Both the position numbers and the translations under genes were made by a program. Below the pieces are notes generated by a model. It saw only the letters and a list, made by a program, of their open reading frames with translations, did no database searches and had not been told where the DNA came from. Below, in pieces: positions 1 to 13,400 of a DNA stretch of 64,000 nt; position 1 is the stretch's first letter; each line of letters starts with the position of its first letter. This DNA is from Ramazzottius varieornatus (Eukaryota > Animalia > Tardigrada), in the NCBI GenBank assembly GCA_001949185.1, contig BDGG01000016.1, positions 434,001-498,000 of the forward strand, read 5' to 3'.

Positions 1-13
1 TCATATGCAACGG

Positions 14-2143
14 TCACTGTATCAGTTTCGCCGCTATGGCCTGCCAAATTTCAGATGTTTCATCGTGATTTTCATTTACCTGTTGTTCGACTTCCTTCGG
101 CAGAGTTTCGTTGTGTTCGAACATCTTGGAGCTGCACATGCTATTTTCGACCGACCAGATGGCTCCTTCGAGATTTTTGCGGACCTTGTCTACCAGTTCA
201 GCCAAAGTCGGGTCCTTGGGCAAGAATGGACTTTGAGCTACTGGCTGGGCGGCGTTCTCATGTTGGAATTTTAGAACGGAGGCTCGCAGCTGCACCGAAG
301 GCGCTGGCTGCGGACGCCTATCTCCACCTTCCGGAACTCGGCGAACAAGCTCGTCCGATCGAAACTTGTTGATGGCAGGTCGGCTGGGTTCTGCACGTCC
401 GCCAAACTGCAACAAAAAAGACACTGGTTCACCGGAAGCTTTTCGAGGTTACGAACAGCAAAAACGTCAATCAGCCATACCCTGGCTGCCAATCAACCCA
501 TTACACTCGAAAATAGCTGACGGTCAGCCAGAAACGCAGCCAAAGGTGAATGGAATCTCGGCATACGAATTCAAGATTTTTGGGGGATGAAAACTTGCGC
601 CACTTGGAAAAATGTTAACGGTCTTGTAAAGGTAAACAAAATCTGACCGATGGCGAAATTCCTCAGGCTATACAATATCCGAATGTAGAAAGTGCTTCCC
701 AGCCCGTGATCAAATCTGATTGGTTTGGTGTGCCTGCACAAGTTCCCTACGACTGCAATAGTGTGTCCACAACTGCTAGTCAAATTTGACCACGGGCTGG
801 GAAGCACTTTCGACATTCGGACATTGTGTAACCGTCTATGACGTCATGAAACTCAAATCAGTTTTCAACTTTAGTCGCCATGACGTCACAGCGGCCATTT
901 TGCATTTGTCAGCGAAATTTGCAGCCCCTGCTTCTGCCGGAAGTCTATTGCTTGTGGACTTTGTTTCCAGAATCCGGATTTCTACTATGACGAAATATCC
1001 CCACAACAACAGCACCACAACAGAAGCACGTGCTACGCTGGTGTGAGTCGACTCCGAGGTTCAACGAACATACTGGTTATGTAAAACGGCAAGCCATAAA
1101 AGTGAAGTTCAGTTGGCTCCAGCTTTATCTCAAGCTCAGCCGTTTCTCAACATACCCACGCCTATGACCGCGTGGAGGCATTACAGAAACTCGACAGCAG
1201 TTTATCGAACCGTAACCGCGAGAAACCATGATAGACACGAACCTGACCTAACTTGATTGCGGACGCAAAAAAATCAATAAAAGAAGCAACGTACATTTTC
1301 GTCATCGAATCGATGAGCGATGACCAGGTTGCCGTCCTGTCGCCAGCGAAGTTGACCACCTCGACTCTCTGCCCGTCCACCCATTAGACCTGTAAGGATA
1401 CAACGGAAACATGGGGTTTAGGCGTGACATTGTGATCGACAGAAAAGCGTAATCCTCGAGCAGATGGTACGGAAAAAGACAGACTCCAGAGAGATTATGT
1501 GCAGTTGAACTCGTAGCCTAAACTTGAAGGTAAATAGAGCGATGGACAACTTTAGCTTCTTATTAGCATTTCTTCCGCCTTCTCGGAATAAAGTCCAGTG
1601 CAGCGAAGGGCTATTTAAACGGGGTCAGGCAAACTGTCGGGACGGCAGTTGGAGCCTCCATTCTTCTTACCGTTTTCCTTAATCAGAATTCGTATGGGTT
1701 GCGAAGGATGTCGTCGTGAAGCCAAAGCTTGGTGGAGATTGGCATCCGACTGAATCGCGAAGAAGTTATTGTAGTCATCTGCCAGAGAAGACACCACAAA
1801 TGTCACAACGTTCTCAAATCGAAAAACTCCACCCCGAATAACTCGCGCAGAGCGCCAAACACAGGACGGCGTGAGAACGCTTGACAAATAGCATACAACA
1901 CACTACTCCACTGACGTCATGAGCAAAAACGGCTAACCACCTGCGCGAATTGATCGAGGTAGATAGTTCGGTGTTCTTGGATAACTAGGGTTCGCTCGAC
2001 TTACCTTGCCAGACGGCTCGCCACTGTCCGTAGCACAAGCTCGATAGCGCTCTCTGTAGCGCTGCGAAAGGTGCCGCAGTTCCTTCGGGAAGGTTTACAC
2101 GGCGGACCTCCTGACGGTCAACAAATACGCACTGAAGGGCCAT
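14..2143 (-). CDS. Putative PB1-domain protein (~244 aa, spliced)
   Basis: Exons 2143-2005, 1778-1671, 1389-1295 and 406-14 join in frame at GT-AG sites (735 nt). N-terminus MALQCVFVDRQEVRRVNLP...WRAVWQ/DDYNNFFAIQSDANLHQAL..PIRILIK resembles a PB1 fold. Additional small exons cannot be excluded. Confidence 0.5.
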
Positions 2144-3740
2144 TTGCGCACTTAATCAAGATATCTGCGATAATTTGTCTCCACGCTTCGACTGTAATAA
2201 GCATGCTCACTCAGACTGTGCTGGACACCGATAGGCAACGATTGCCTACGATAAATTCATCGGGATCTCGGGGAGAGTTCAGAGTTGTAAGTTTTCGCCA
2301 TCTGAGAAATCCAGAGAATGAAAACTGCGTAGCGAGAAAAAAGAACACAAAGGCTTGCCTCACGTTAACACCAGCTGACGAAACTTGGCTTCAACCTATT
2401 GAGGACTAGGGCTCCGCCTTGAACCATTTAATCATCGTTGACATCAACCAGTGAAATTCATTCTTACAGGAACACTTGACGTGAATGGTCGATAATTATT
2501 GACATCATTGCGTCATGAGGACGAACTCATCGGCATCACAAGATCCGTGGTTCCTGGAGGTCTCAGGCCTCTGCCCGCACGCACCCTCCAATTTACTTGT
2601 AACGGAAATCGTCATTCGCCAGGAAGAAAAACAGCCATCTTTCGAAAAGCTTGTTGGCAGAGCGCGCCCAAGAACCACGGAAACAAGGACTTTCTTATGG
2701 GCTGTGTCAGTGGCCCTTCTCGTATCTCACAGAGACCTCTTTTCAGATCTTAGATGCGACTGTTTTCTAACGTAATTTCGGTACACGCACGACGAGATGT
2801 TACTGGTCAGTAAAAATTGCGGACCAGGCTTTTTCGCTACGGCGGCACGGGCAGGTGATGCTTGCTTCAAGTAAAAACCACATCGAAGGCTGCACTGCTG
2901 TACGTGCGTGCTGGATATTGGGCCGAGGAGCTAAAGCTTGTCATATTAATGTTATAGCAGTCAGATCTTCATTATACCTTCAACAGTTCAAACTATTCCA
3001 AGGCTTCTCCGGCCTCCGGGAGAAAGTCGACAACATCATACACGCGTTAGAGTAAAACAGCTGATCAGCTGATGGCCATTGTCCATGACAATTTTCTACG
3101 GTTGAATTTTACTACGCAACGTCCTTTGTGCGATTTCTGTTTCTGACTTCCATACAATTTGTAAATTTGCCGTCTTTTCCGCCTGGCCCGTAATTTTTAC
3201 TGGACCGTAATATCTCGTCGTGCCTGTACTCTTCTTTACCAGTCTCATGAACATGTTTGATATCAATGATGTGCAGCCTCGTGAAAGGAGCTCCGTGACG
3301 CACGACAAGTATGTTTAACCTACTTGTGTATCGATTATTGATGCTCTTTCTATCAGCATCGAGTTAACTCAGGTATTACGAAAGCTGTCCACGAAGCAAA
3401 GACCTGCCATAACTAAAAACCACGACTTGCCCTCGTGGACAGTCAGTAATAACTTCGTTACCGCATCAACTGCCTTGAGCACACGCTTCCACAATGCCCA
3501 TCACAGTGACGAACTGGAAAAGTGACGACTTGCCAGTACGCTATTAACGCTTACAGCAACTCACAGATAACGCACCAGGACAATCTAAAAGGACACATCA
3601 AACTATTCTCGAAAAACTTCAGCCTAAAAGATTTCAGACAAAAAAACGGTTAAGTATACAACACTATATTCTTTCGGTCATCTTCAGTGAGTCCACTAAA
3701 ACCTAGACGAGGCTTCCTATCTTGTCAAGAGTTCTTTCGA

Positions 3741-6007
3741 TCAGTCATCATCGTCGTGTGCTCGACCGGCAGCTTTGTTCCCTCGGTGTTGATTTCTGGT
3801 CTGGTTTCTAGCCTTGTTCTCCGCTTCGAACTGCGCTTGCTGCAAGAACAAAGGCAGATTCATTTCCGGTTCCTCACATCCATGAGTTTTTCTTCTACTT
3901 ACTCTGAGGTTCTTGTCAACCTTGCTGCCGGCAGCTACTTTGAGTTCATCCAACACTGGCGGACCCAAGGCGAAGATATCCCTTAGGAGTGGGTTCCCCT
4001 TCAGGTGAGTAATGATTCCCGTGCGGAGGACTCCGCACAAGGCTTCGTACTGCAGCGTACTGCTCCACGTATGCAAAGCTAGAACTTCTTTGCCAAACCG
4101 AACACGCTGGAAAGTCCCACTTTCATCCTACAAAGAGACAAGCAAGATAGAATCAAACTGTTCCGACGACTGAACTGAAACAAGAAACAGGACGTCGGCA
4201 AACGAATTGAACATAATTATTGTCTCAACTGGCGCACGTCTTCCTTGCTATGGGCTGGTAATGTGCGGCACTATGGAACAGTGAAAACGATCAGGTTAAA
4301 GTGGTGGGCCGCCGTCCCAAATTTGGACGTACCTCTATCGAGTGTAGAATATCTCGGAAACTGGATCGTTGCAGCTTCTTGTCCTTCTTGGACTTGTACT
4401 TGGAGCTTTCGGTGGAGAGTTGACGCAATCTGATGCACAGCTGATTGATGTCCGGCATCTTTCTCGCTTCAGCCGTAGGTAATAGCCGAATAATCTCATG
4501 CATCAAGGCGATCGTCTCGCCAGCAGCAATGCGGAAGTCATTGTCACTGACTTCCAAGAGATCGCGCAACTTTCGTAAATGCCTAGAGAACGAAGCTCAA
4601 ATCAGCATCTTCTCAAAACGGATTCTGGATGCACAAATTGGCGGAATAGTGAAACTTACAAGGTGGTTTCGGCAAACTGGGTGCTGGGAGAGGCAATGGT
4701 CATGAGCAAAGCCCATGACAGAAGGCTTTGCGTGTGAAGGTGGTAAACTTCAGGGGAGAACTGGGGTGAGGCACCGTCGCTGTTCAGGTAAGATGCCGAG
4801 AAGGTCTTGCTCAAACGCTGAACAACGTCGTTGAATATCTAAAAAACAGAAACATGATCGAAAGTATTCGTTCGAAGTTTTTCAACCATCCTGGAGTATT
4901 TTCTACAGTCTTCCTTTAACAATGAGTTAGGCAAACATAGTCGGCAAGATTGTTCTCCTAAGTGGCGCAAGGCTCCAAGGATACCAGCTGGATGCGTGTG
5001 CCACTGAAAAAGTGGTCTTGTCGAGTTTGTGTACCGATTACCGAAGTCTCACGTGTTTCTGCGCTTTTCCCCCTATGGAACTTCTGGACAATTATGAGTC
5101 ATGCAAAGCCGTACCTCCGGTTCTTCGTCGATGATGAAACTACCAATGCCCAAACTTTCGGCGCACTGCAGAAAAGGAATTGTAATTTATCTATATACTT
5201 TGAGCTGGGAAACGCGATTTGATTTCGCCCGAACTCACGGCAGCGCGAGAGAGTGGAGACACGGCAACATCACAAAAAACGGTTAAGAGAAGAGGACGAA
5301 TCTTGCTGTAGGTTTCCATGCAGTCCGCGCCGAGCTGGATGCAGAGTAGAGCGCATAACCGAGCTGCCAGAATCTGCTCTGTCGACTTTCCCCGTCGCAG
5401 AGAACGTTCCACAATGTCGAACAACGTAGCTTCGCGAGCCAGCACAAACTCAAAGAGATACCGTCGCTCCAGACCCAGACTGATCTCCGCCAAGGCAGTT
5501 TCTCGCGTCTTCGCACTAGAAACAGACATCCATCGAATACCTCTCAGAAAGTCGATCACTACGCCAAAGACGTTCAAACTTCAAAAGAATTTACCTGGCA
5601 TCGGTCGCATTCTCGATGGACACTTTCAGTTTATCCTCCAAGTGATCTAATAACGAACTGGTGTCAACTGCCCCTTCTGATCCCTCCACTATTCAGAACA
5701 GAAACCAGCGTGAGCAACCAAGTGTTATTCAGCGCATCAACTTGAGTCGCAGACACTAAGGCTCACGTTCTTCCAAGTCGATCGTTCCCGCATCAGATCC
5801 TGAATGAATATTTTCTCCTAGCTCGGAAGCCACTTCATCCTCTCCTACGGGTGAGATCATCTTCGTGGGGCTTTTACCTGTAGAGCGAGATGTCAAAATA
5901 ATGGGGAACTCAGGACGATGATACCCTTCGTGGTTGTTGGACGAATCAAAGTGAACCCTCAATCAACTATCAGACTCACCACCATCTCGCCTTCCTTTCT
6001 TTGGCAT
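3741..6007 (-). CDS. IFRD1: Interferon-related developmental regulator (IFRD family)
   Basis: Start MPKKGRR at 6007; SAKTRETAL, SLRRGKSTEQILAARLCALLCIQLG, RIAAGETIAL, LSTESSKYKSKKDKKLQRSSFRDIL, HLKGNPLLRDIFALGPP and KARNQTRNQHRGNK motifs; multi-exon. Confidence 0.92.
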
Positions 6008-6924
6008 CCTGCTGGCGCTAAGTTTCCAAACAAATCACAACGACTTTAATTCCCAACGAGAAGGGTTGTGAGTGCGATATCCCAGTCCTCTATCTTCGGG
6101 AATCCTTTGAGATTCGTCGTAACTCGTGTGGGACGATCCCCTTGGTCCGGATAACGCTTTCTGGACCACACCATAGGCCGTAGACACTTGAACAAGCACT
6201 TCCAAACCACTGCTCTCAGATACTCACAGAGTCGACAGCCAAGGAAAGATTCTACGAACGAACTTCACGTAGGTTAGCAAGGCAGAACATTTAAAACACG
6301 AAGAATCGACGTCGTGGAAGTGGTACACTGATGTGGTGCCTCTGGTGCTGCCAAAATATGACCTCCACTTTGACACGGCTCGCCAGAACGAGGAAAGCGA
6401 AAAACGGTATTTGCCGAATCATCACGAACTCCACTATGTAGGTTGGTGCTTCGAATGAGGCGGAGACTCTCAGTGCGGAGCAACCTGGTTCACAGCACTC
6501 ATGGTTTCATTTTTATATTTGGTAACTGACGACAGCGCTGCTTGTGTTCCGCAATACGGTTTTTTCGGTGATTCTCGTCCCTTGATTGAACGAACAGCTT
6601 GTTTTCACTTTCGCTGTGAATGATACCTCCTCATCAGCGGAACGCAATCAATCAACCGCTTGAACCCGTGTTTCGTTCTCTTGACCCGAGGCCCGAACAG
6701 CTTCGCTCGGACAAGCCTTTTTTGAACCAATCACCAGGCCCGATCTGGAGCGGAACCGCCCACTGCGCGTGACGTGCGAGAGCGCATGTGTTACAGCCAT
6801 TTTGTGTGACGCCAGGCTTCTTCGATTCGAAATCTTGGTCTAGTATTTTACTTCTGCTTCTTCTGCACCAGGAAACGTCTTTGAATATACTGTACCTGTG
6901 GTTATTTATTGATTCCCAGGCTAC

Positions 6925-8352
6925 ATGGAAGTAACACGGACACCCATCAACACGATGCACAGGACGAGAGTGCGGGAACAAGCGGAGGCGACGGTAACCA
7001 TCGTTCCCGAGGAAGATCATGAGGATTATTCCCGGATCCTACAGGAACGTGCTCGTCGCTGCCTGTTTGCTCCTGTCAACCGTGATAAAGTAAACCGTGA
7101 TCTACATAGTGCCTTACAAGCTTTGGAGGATATAGTTGATGAGAAGTCAAAGCGATGGAATTTTGACTTCGAGAATAGCACCCCCTTGCCTGGTCCACTG
7201 CAATGGACTCTGGTATCTTCCTGTGATCAAGAAGACGTTGAAGAAGATGGATCAGTGGTTGAGGTGATCCAGACCAAGCTGGGAAACCGCGGATCTCCCA
7301 AAGAAGCCAGCTCGGTGACGCCTTCCCGTTTGGTGAAACAACGCAGCATCGAAGGTGCATTTCGAATCTCATTACCATTTTAAATTCAAAATTAATAGGC
7401 TAGCATGACGTGAATCAGCTGGTGTTTGTTGCCTTTGAAGACGGTGTTCGACCACGTGGCTGATGACGTATTTGCATAAGGCTGAGATTGAGCTGAAACT
7501 GGTTTCGTATATTCGCTGTAGGTTAGATATTGGTCACGTGGTTCTCTTCGCAGCTTTACGAAGGGAGTAGCACGTGGTCGTGGCGTCAAAGTGGTCATCC
7601 CTCCGCAGAAGCGCCAATAATGGTCGTGCATGACTGCCCAACTGGGCTGTTGAGTTCACTTTTATGGTTTCGATTGAATGCTGCAATGCTTGAGGGAGAG
7701 CGACCAAAAGGCAGACATGAATGGCATTTATGGGGACAGTTGAACTTTAAAGTGATGTTGTGCAGTGAAAAGAGAAGACTGAAGTGTGCATGGGAATGCG
7801 AACGGGTACATTCTTGAAGCTTATAATCGTCTTCTGTTTGAGACAGGAAACTTCATCAGCTGATTCGCATTCTCAGGCTGGAATCCTCCAACGGTCGGAA
7901 AAGTGGTCCTTTTAAACTGCTGAGAAGTCAGCAAACTTGTCAAACCACTCGGTGGAAGTTTCAACTGGCTTCTTCAGCAAAGACCGAAGTTTCCGACCGT
8001 TGGAACCCGAAAGAAAAAATATGAAGAAGGTGGACACGAAAGACGAACGTTTTCTGACAGCTGCATGCTGTCTTAATGTCGCTCTTTGTTTTTTGTCTGG
8101 TCAATGATAGACTTGGCTTTTGCCGATAAGCCCGTAATGAGTCAGGACAGAACTCGTTACGATAATCAGACCACCTGTCTCACTTTTGCGCCTGTCTGCT
8201 ATCTACATTGCCTCTTTTGTGCTGCAGACTTTTTCCCCCGCGGAAAGCGGACTTCCTCCTCCACCGATATGACTGGAGCCAAACGCAAAGCCCCTGACTC
8301 CACTTCGGCCGTCCCTTCACTCAAAGTGGGAAAAGTCGTGGCGAAGAAATGA
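6925..8352 (+). CDS. CDKN1B: Cip/Kip-family cyclin-dependent kinase inhibitor (p27/dacapo-like; family-level assignment)
   Basis: Exon 1 6925-7354, exon 2 8228-8352; CDI motifs ARRCLFAPV and RWNFDFENSTPLPGPLQW; PIP-degron-like KQRSIE/DFFPRGKR across the splice junction. Confidence 0.88.
7887..8004. repeat. Long imperfect inverted repeat (MITE-like hairpin) in the CDK inhibitor intron
   Basis: TCCAACGGTCGGAAA...GGTC...TGCTGAGAAGTCAG versus CTGGCTTCTTCAGCAAAGACC...TTTCCGACCGTTGGA. Confidence 0.6.
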
Positions 8353-10477
8353 GCCCTTCTCCTCGGAACATACGGTAGGTTTTGACGATCGTTTCATTAC
8401 TATATGATATGTTTGTCCTTCGGGAACACTTCGTGTCTTGAAATATTCTTACGAGCGAAATGTCTGTCGTGAATTGGCTAAAGGAGTCTTTGTGTCTTGC
8501 GGGAATGTCCAGACTTTGGTTTCGGTGTTCCTTCCGTCTTTGTTTCTTGTTCGTTGGAGAGAAGTATGGTGTTTCCTTGTGTCTTTCGTCGAATTCCGTT
8601 CAGCGTCTTTCGTGGTTTAGTACGATCATTGTCTGAGCTTAAGTCTTTGTGGGGACATTCTCGTCGTTTAATGAGCCTCCTTTCCTGTTTCCTTCATTAC
8701 CGTCTGAGACGTAAGCCATCAGAGGGTTCGCTTTGCTTGTCTCGACGGGGTATCGTATTCTAGGGTGTGAGACGTTGCGAGAGGAGTTTCGTGGTATGGA
8801 TGCAGGGAAGAAGACGAGACAAAGCAAAGTACATTTACCTTTTCTTTATGGGTGGGGAAAGACGCACAAGAAGCCAGCGAGAAAAATGAGTAATGCTGTC
8901 GAAGGCTTGGCCCAAGATGGCCACCAACGCTCGCTCTATGAATTCTGTCATGGATGGCTTGCATTTGGGCTGGCTGACAATTAACTCACTCGCTTATCAT
9001 GACCGGGAAAATACAGCCTAGAAATCTTTTGCCCTTTGGAAGTACATGATAAATAGAGAAGAACTCAATTTGGGCGAGGAAACTGACAAGGAAGAGAGTG
9101 TTGAAGCCTTGATTTACAGACTCAAACAGAGCCTCGCTTGATTAGGTGATTTCGCTTCGTTTAACATCAAAACAGAATTGGCGCATCCATGTCGGTCCGC
9201 GCACCCATACCGGTTCGCGCGACGGAAATTTGAGTCTTCACTCTTTAGTCTTAGAAGAAATGGCAACGGTTGAAGAACTTTGATTTCTTCTCAACGGTTG
9301 GCTTCTCAAGGTGAAGGTTAACTTTATGAAGTCCGTTTTGGTTCTGATTTATTGGGGTTGATAATGTCTGGTGTTGTGGTGATCCTCTCACCCTCTGCAC
9401 TGTCCGGAACATGTTTGAGTGTCGTGAAAGGTGCGCGAAGGTTGAGAAGAAGCAACAGGTGCTCAACGGCTCTTTGCGAAATATTCTCCTTCCTCGTGCG
9501 ACTATCTAAGTTAGTTGGTCTTGGTGCGACTCTCAGCTGACTGCCGATTCTATTCAGCCAGACATCGTCAAGCAAGTGTGCATGCGGCTGTTAGCAGGGA
9601 TTAATTCCCCGTTATTGTTCTTCCTCATTGCTGGTCGGGCTTTTGTCTGAGAAATGTGGACAGGTGCAGATACTGTGCAAATGACCATCGTACGATGCTC
9701 ATCAGTTCAATATTCTTCATTTCCTCTTGTCTTACCGCCGGTCTTTTCAATGGTCTTGGTGAAAATGAAAGACAATGGCGGCTTTGACAGAGGACTTAAT
9801 GCTACTGCCGTGAGAACTCTTTTCGGGAAATAATTCTGTATTTTCGTTTTTCTTTGTAGGTGTTTTTCGTTCGAAGCTTCCTGGATCAAGGACTTTCCGG
9901 AGACCATTAATCAAGCTCTTCAGATCGATCCAGTTACCGGTCGTCGCTATCTTTGCTGTTTAGCCGTGATCTCGGTCGTTAAATTTATGCCGGCTTTCGT
10001 GTTTGAGTTAACTTTTCTGTCGGCTTTTCTCTTGCGTTTCCCCGGTCCTGGACGTCTTCCAGGATTATGGCAGTGCGCTTTGTCTTTTGTCTGACCTTTT
10101 TTTAACTAACTTTGTTCTTACCATTTTTTCTTATAGATTTGTTAATATTGTTATCCATCATATATTGCGCTCATCCCCTCACCCAGTTTGTTCTGTACTT
10201 AAGTAGTTTACTTCGCATATTTCGACCTTGTGCCTTGGTCTACTTTCAGGAAAGCGTGGATTGGTATTTTTGTGTGTCTTTTGCCGTGTTCGCTGCTTTG
10301 GCTTTTTGTAACGCTTTCTAGACACAAATAAGCTAATCTAAAACGACTGAACGCCATATTTATGTCAAGGCTTCGCATGTCGGCGACGGAATACACTATG
10401 TGAAACTGAAACGTAGCCAAATACCGAACAGAATAACTAACAAGCAAGTCTTCAATGACGAAGTACGTAGGGAAACG

Positions 10478-13400
10478 TCAACTTGCTAAAGTCAAGATTG
10501 CCCGGTTCTTTTTTTTCTTTTTCTTCTCGGAGAACTGCTGAGTCGCGTCCGAAAACAGTCTAACTTCGTCCCTTTCTTCAATTCGGGCTTGTAGGTTCTC
10601 CAGGCCAGCTCGGTTGAAATTAACCAGCCTCTGCAAAAGATGAGGTGAAACGTGACGACGCATTAGAAACCAAGAAACGAGCTGAGCATACAAGATTTAC
10701 CCGCAAATCATTGACGCGTTCGACGCCTCGCGTACGCAGTTCGTCAAGCTCCGACAGAAGTAAGCCACCGGATTCGATTTGCAGAGCGTTTACTCTACAA
10801 CCAAAAGATTCAAAATCAGATTCCTGAAGAAGGAATATTAGCAAAGGCGGTAGATTGCCTTACTTTAATAAAAAAGTTAGGCACTTCATGACGAGCTCCG
10901 TCTGTTGGCTATCCAGCAAAAGCTGCTTCAATACCGGGACCATGTCAATGACGTCGGTCAGCGACAAGGACAGCAGAGCTCCTTGAACCTCACTACAAAC
11001 AAAACCACATGGACAGACATAAGCCTCCTCTCTCGCAAACTATATCTCGTTCGAGAAAGAGGGATCAAGAGCTTACTTGGGTTTGATACGCCTGAGTGTA
11101 TCGAGTAAGTTTGCTTCCGGTGAGATATTGCCCATTGCGACTAGCACAGGATGGGGCTCCTGAAAAACAACTGACCGTAGGTCTTCCTAACAATCGATAG
11201 TATCCTGGAGTGTTCGTAACTCGTTTTAGTTTGCTACGAGTTACAGATTCTGCAGAAATAGCGCCATACCTTAATTCCTTGAGTGCGCTGTTCTTTATCT
11301 TGCCGGACGATATTCAACGCCTCGATCAACCTTTCGGCAGCTTGCATGGTTTGATACGTCGCTTTACCTGCCACCCCGATTTCCTTATTCACTTCTCCTG
11401 CGATCTGGAAAAGACAAGTAAACCACCAAGAAAACGGGAAATGCGGGTTCGATCAAGACAAGCCGTACAAAAGGTACTGTAATTATGTACTGATAACTTA
11501 CCACTGGTTCGTCAGTTTGGTTAGCCTGCTTCTCGAATTCCTGTTCGCGTTCCTAAAAACCACATATTGCTTAGCTCCTCAGCCTTCGAATGAGGGCGTG
11601 GAAGGTTCATGATACCGTTTCTCTTTCCTCGTCTAACACAAGAATCTCATCTGTCTTTGCCCAGAGCCGGATAGTCCTGTCATGCGATGTAGACACCAAC
11701 GTCCCTCCAGTCGGTGTCATGGCTAAGCTCCACACCTCGCTGTGGTGTCCGGACAACGTCGTAATCCGTTCGAACTTGTCCCCATCCCACTGCTTGATTT
11801 TCCCATCCCGACCAGCCGAGAAGAACATGTGCGTGCGCGGAATAAACAACACACTCGTCACCCTGAAAACACATCACCGATCGCTCCGAACAGCAACTCT
11901 AGATGCAATTATGCATCATGTTCAGTTGAGTAAATAAACAAATATACCCGTCATCGTGTGCGAACAGCGATTTATGGCAATCACCAAAATCCAAGCCCCA
12001 AATCTTCACGTTCTTGTCCGCCGAGCCAGTTATGATCAGCCTGCTGTCCGATGAGATGTCCATACAAGTCACAGGCAGGGCGTGACCGTACAAGCTCAAG
12101 AAAAACTACAACAGGCAATTTTAACATCCATACAATATCATCCTACAACCAGACGCTCGTCACCTTTAGCGATACACTGTAGCTCACCTTCAGAGTGTCG
12201 CTCAACATAATCTTGACAGTGCTATCCAGCAAAGCGACCGCCAGCAAGCGTTGGTCTGGACTCAACTTAATACTCGACACGCTCTCGTCCATTTTTAGCG
12301 TCTTCCGACAAGTTAGCGTCATCTTACTGTAAGAGAAAATAGCATGGGTACATCTACCGTACAGAAAAGAAGGGGCGAGTAACCTTTCGGCGTCCTCGCC
12401 GCTGCCAAATTCCAAATCCCAAAACTTGACTTCCTTGTCCTCTCCACCGGAAATCATCTTCTTCTACAAAACCCTAAGTTACCATACTGTACTGATAGTC
12501 AAGTAGGTTTAACTTTGTACCTTGGTTTCGTGAAAAAGCGCGACACTCCACACGGTACCGACATGGGCAGCGATCGAAGTTAGCATGGTACCTTCCACGA
12601 TGTCGAACAACTGGAGCTTCCCACTCTGAAACCAAACGCGAACGCTCGACATTTTGACGTGTAAATTGAAAATAATGGATGCATGCTTACTTTGGTACCG
12701 AGAACGAGGTAGCGATCACCGGGTACAAGTACCGAAGATACTCCGTAGTCACACGACAACGTATGCACACATTGCTTCTCTTCCCTGCATAACAAAAAAT
12801 CCTTATGTATCCAACTTCATCAGTGAACTCCGAAGCACGTTTCGATCTTTAAATTCTTATTGAAGTCGGACAAACCTGTTCCATACTCGAAGCATTTCCG
12901 AGCAAGTCGTGACTATTGTCTCCCCATCCGCCGTTACAGCGCAAGTTCGAATATCGAATTTGTGAGCAGGGAGCGCCACGGACGAACTCTCGACAAGGCA
13001 GTTGTTGGTGGGATCCACTTTGAGGATCGTGAAAGTGTTTCCCAGATTCACTAGGACCTGTAAGTGGACATCCGGGATCGATGAAAGCCCCTCATATACT
13101 AGAGAAATAAAAATAGGTAAGAAGGACCTACATTGGGTAGCTCGTGGTTCCGATGGAGGAAGGCGACCGAAGCAATCTTCCCTCCACACCGAACAGGAGG
13201 CAGCTTCGTGAACTGGAGTTCCATGAGCTCCGAGGGTGAAAGCTGTTCATCGTTCTCTTCGAACAGTTCGGGAAGTTCCTCTATTGCGCTTTCCCTGAAG
13301 AAAATTTCGTTGAGTTAGAGTTTTTGCACGTACAGAAAAGTTTGTAATCTACACCTTCACGATAGTTCATAGCTACAGTACTTCTTCATTTTCTTGCGTT

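Noticed and set aside
839-888. Paired TGACGTCA (CRE-like) sites, also at ~52290-52356
   Set aside because: Intronic, too short to support a regulatory call, and no clear wider homology between the two loci.
2499-3055. Short plus-strand ORFs between the PB1-like gene and IFRD
   Set aside because: No motifs and no consistent exon chain could be built.
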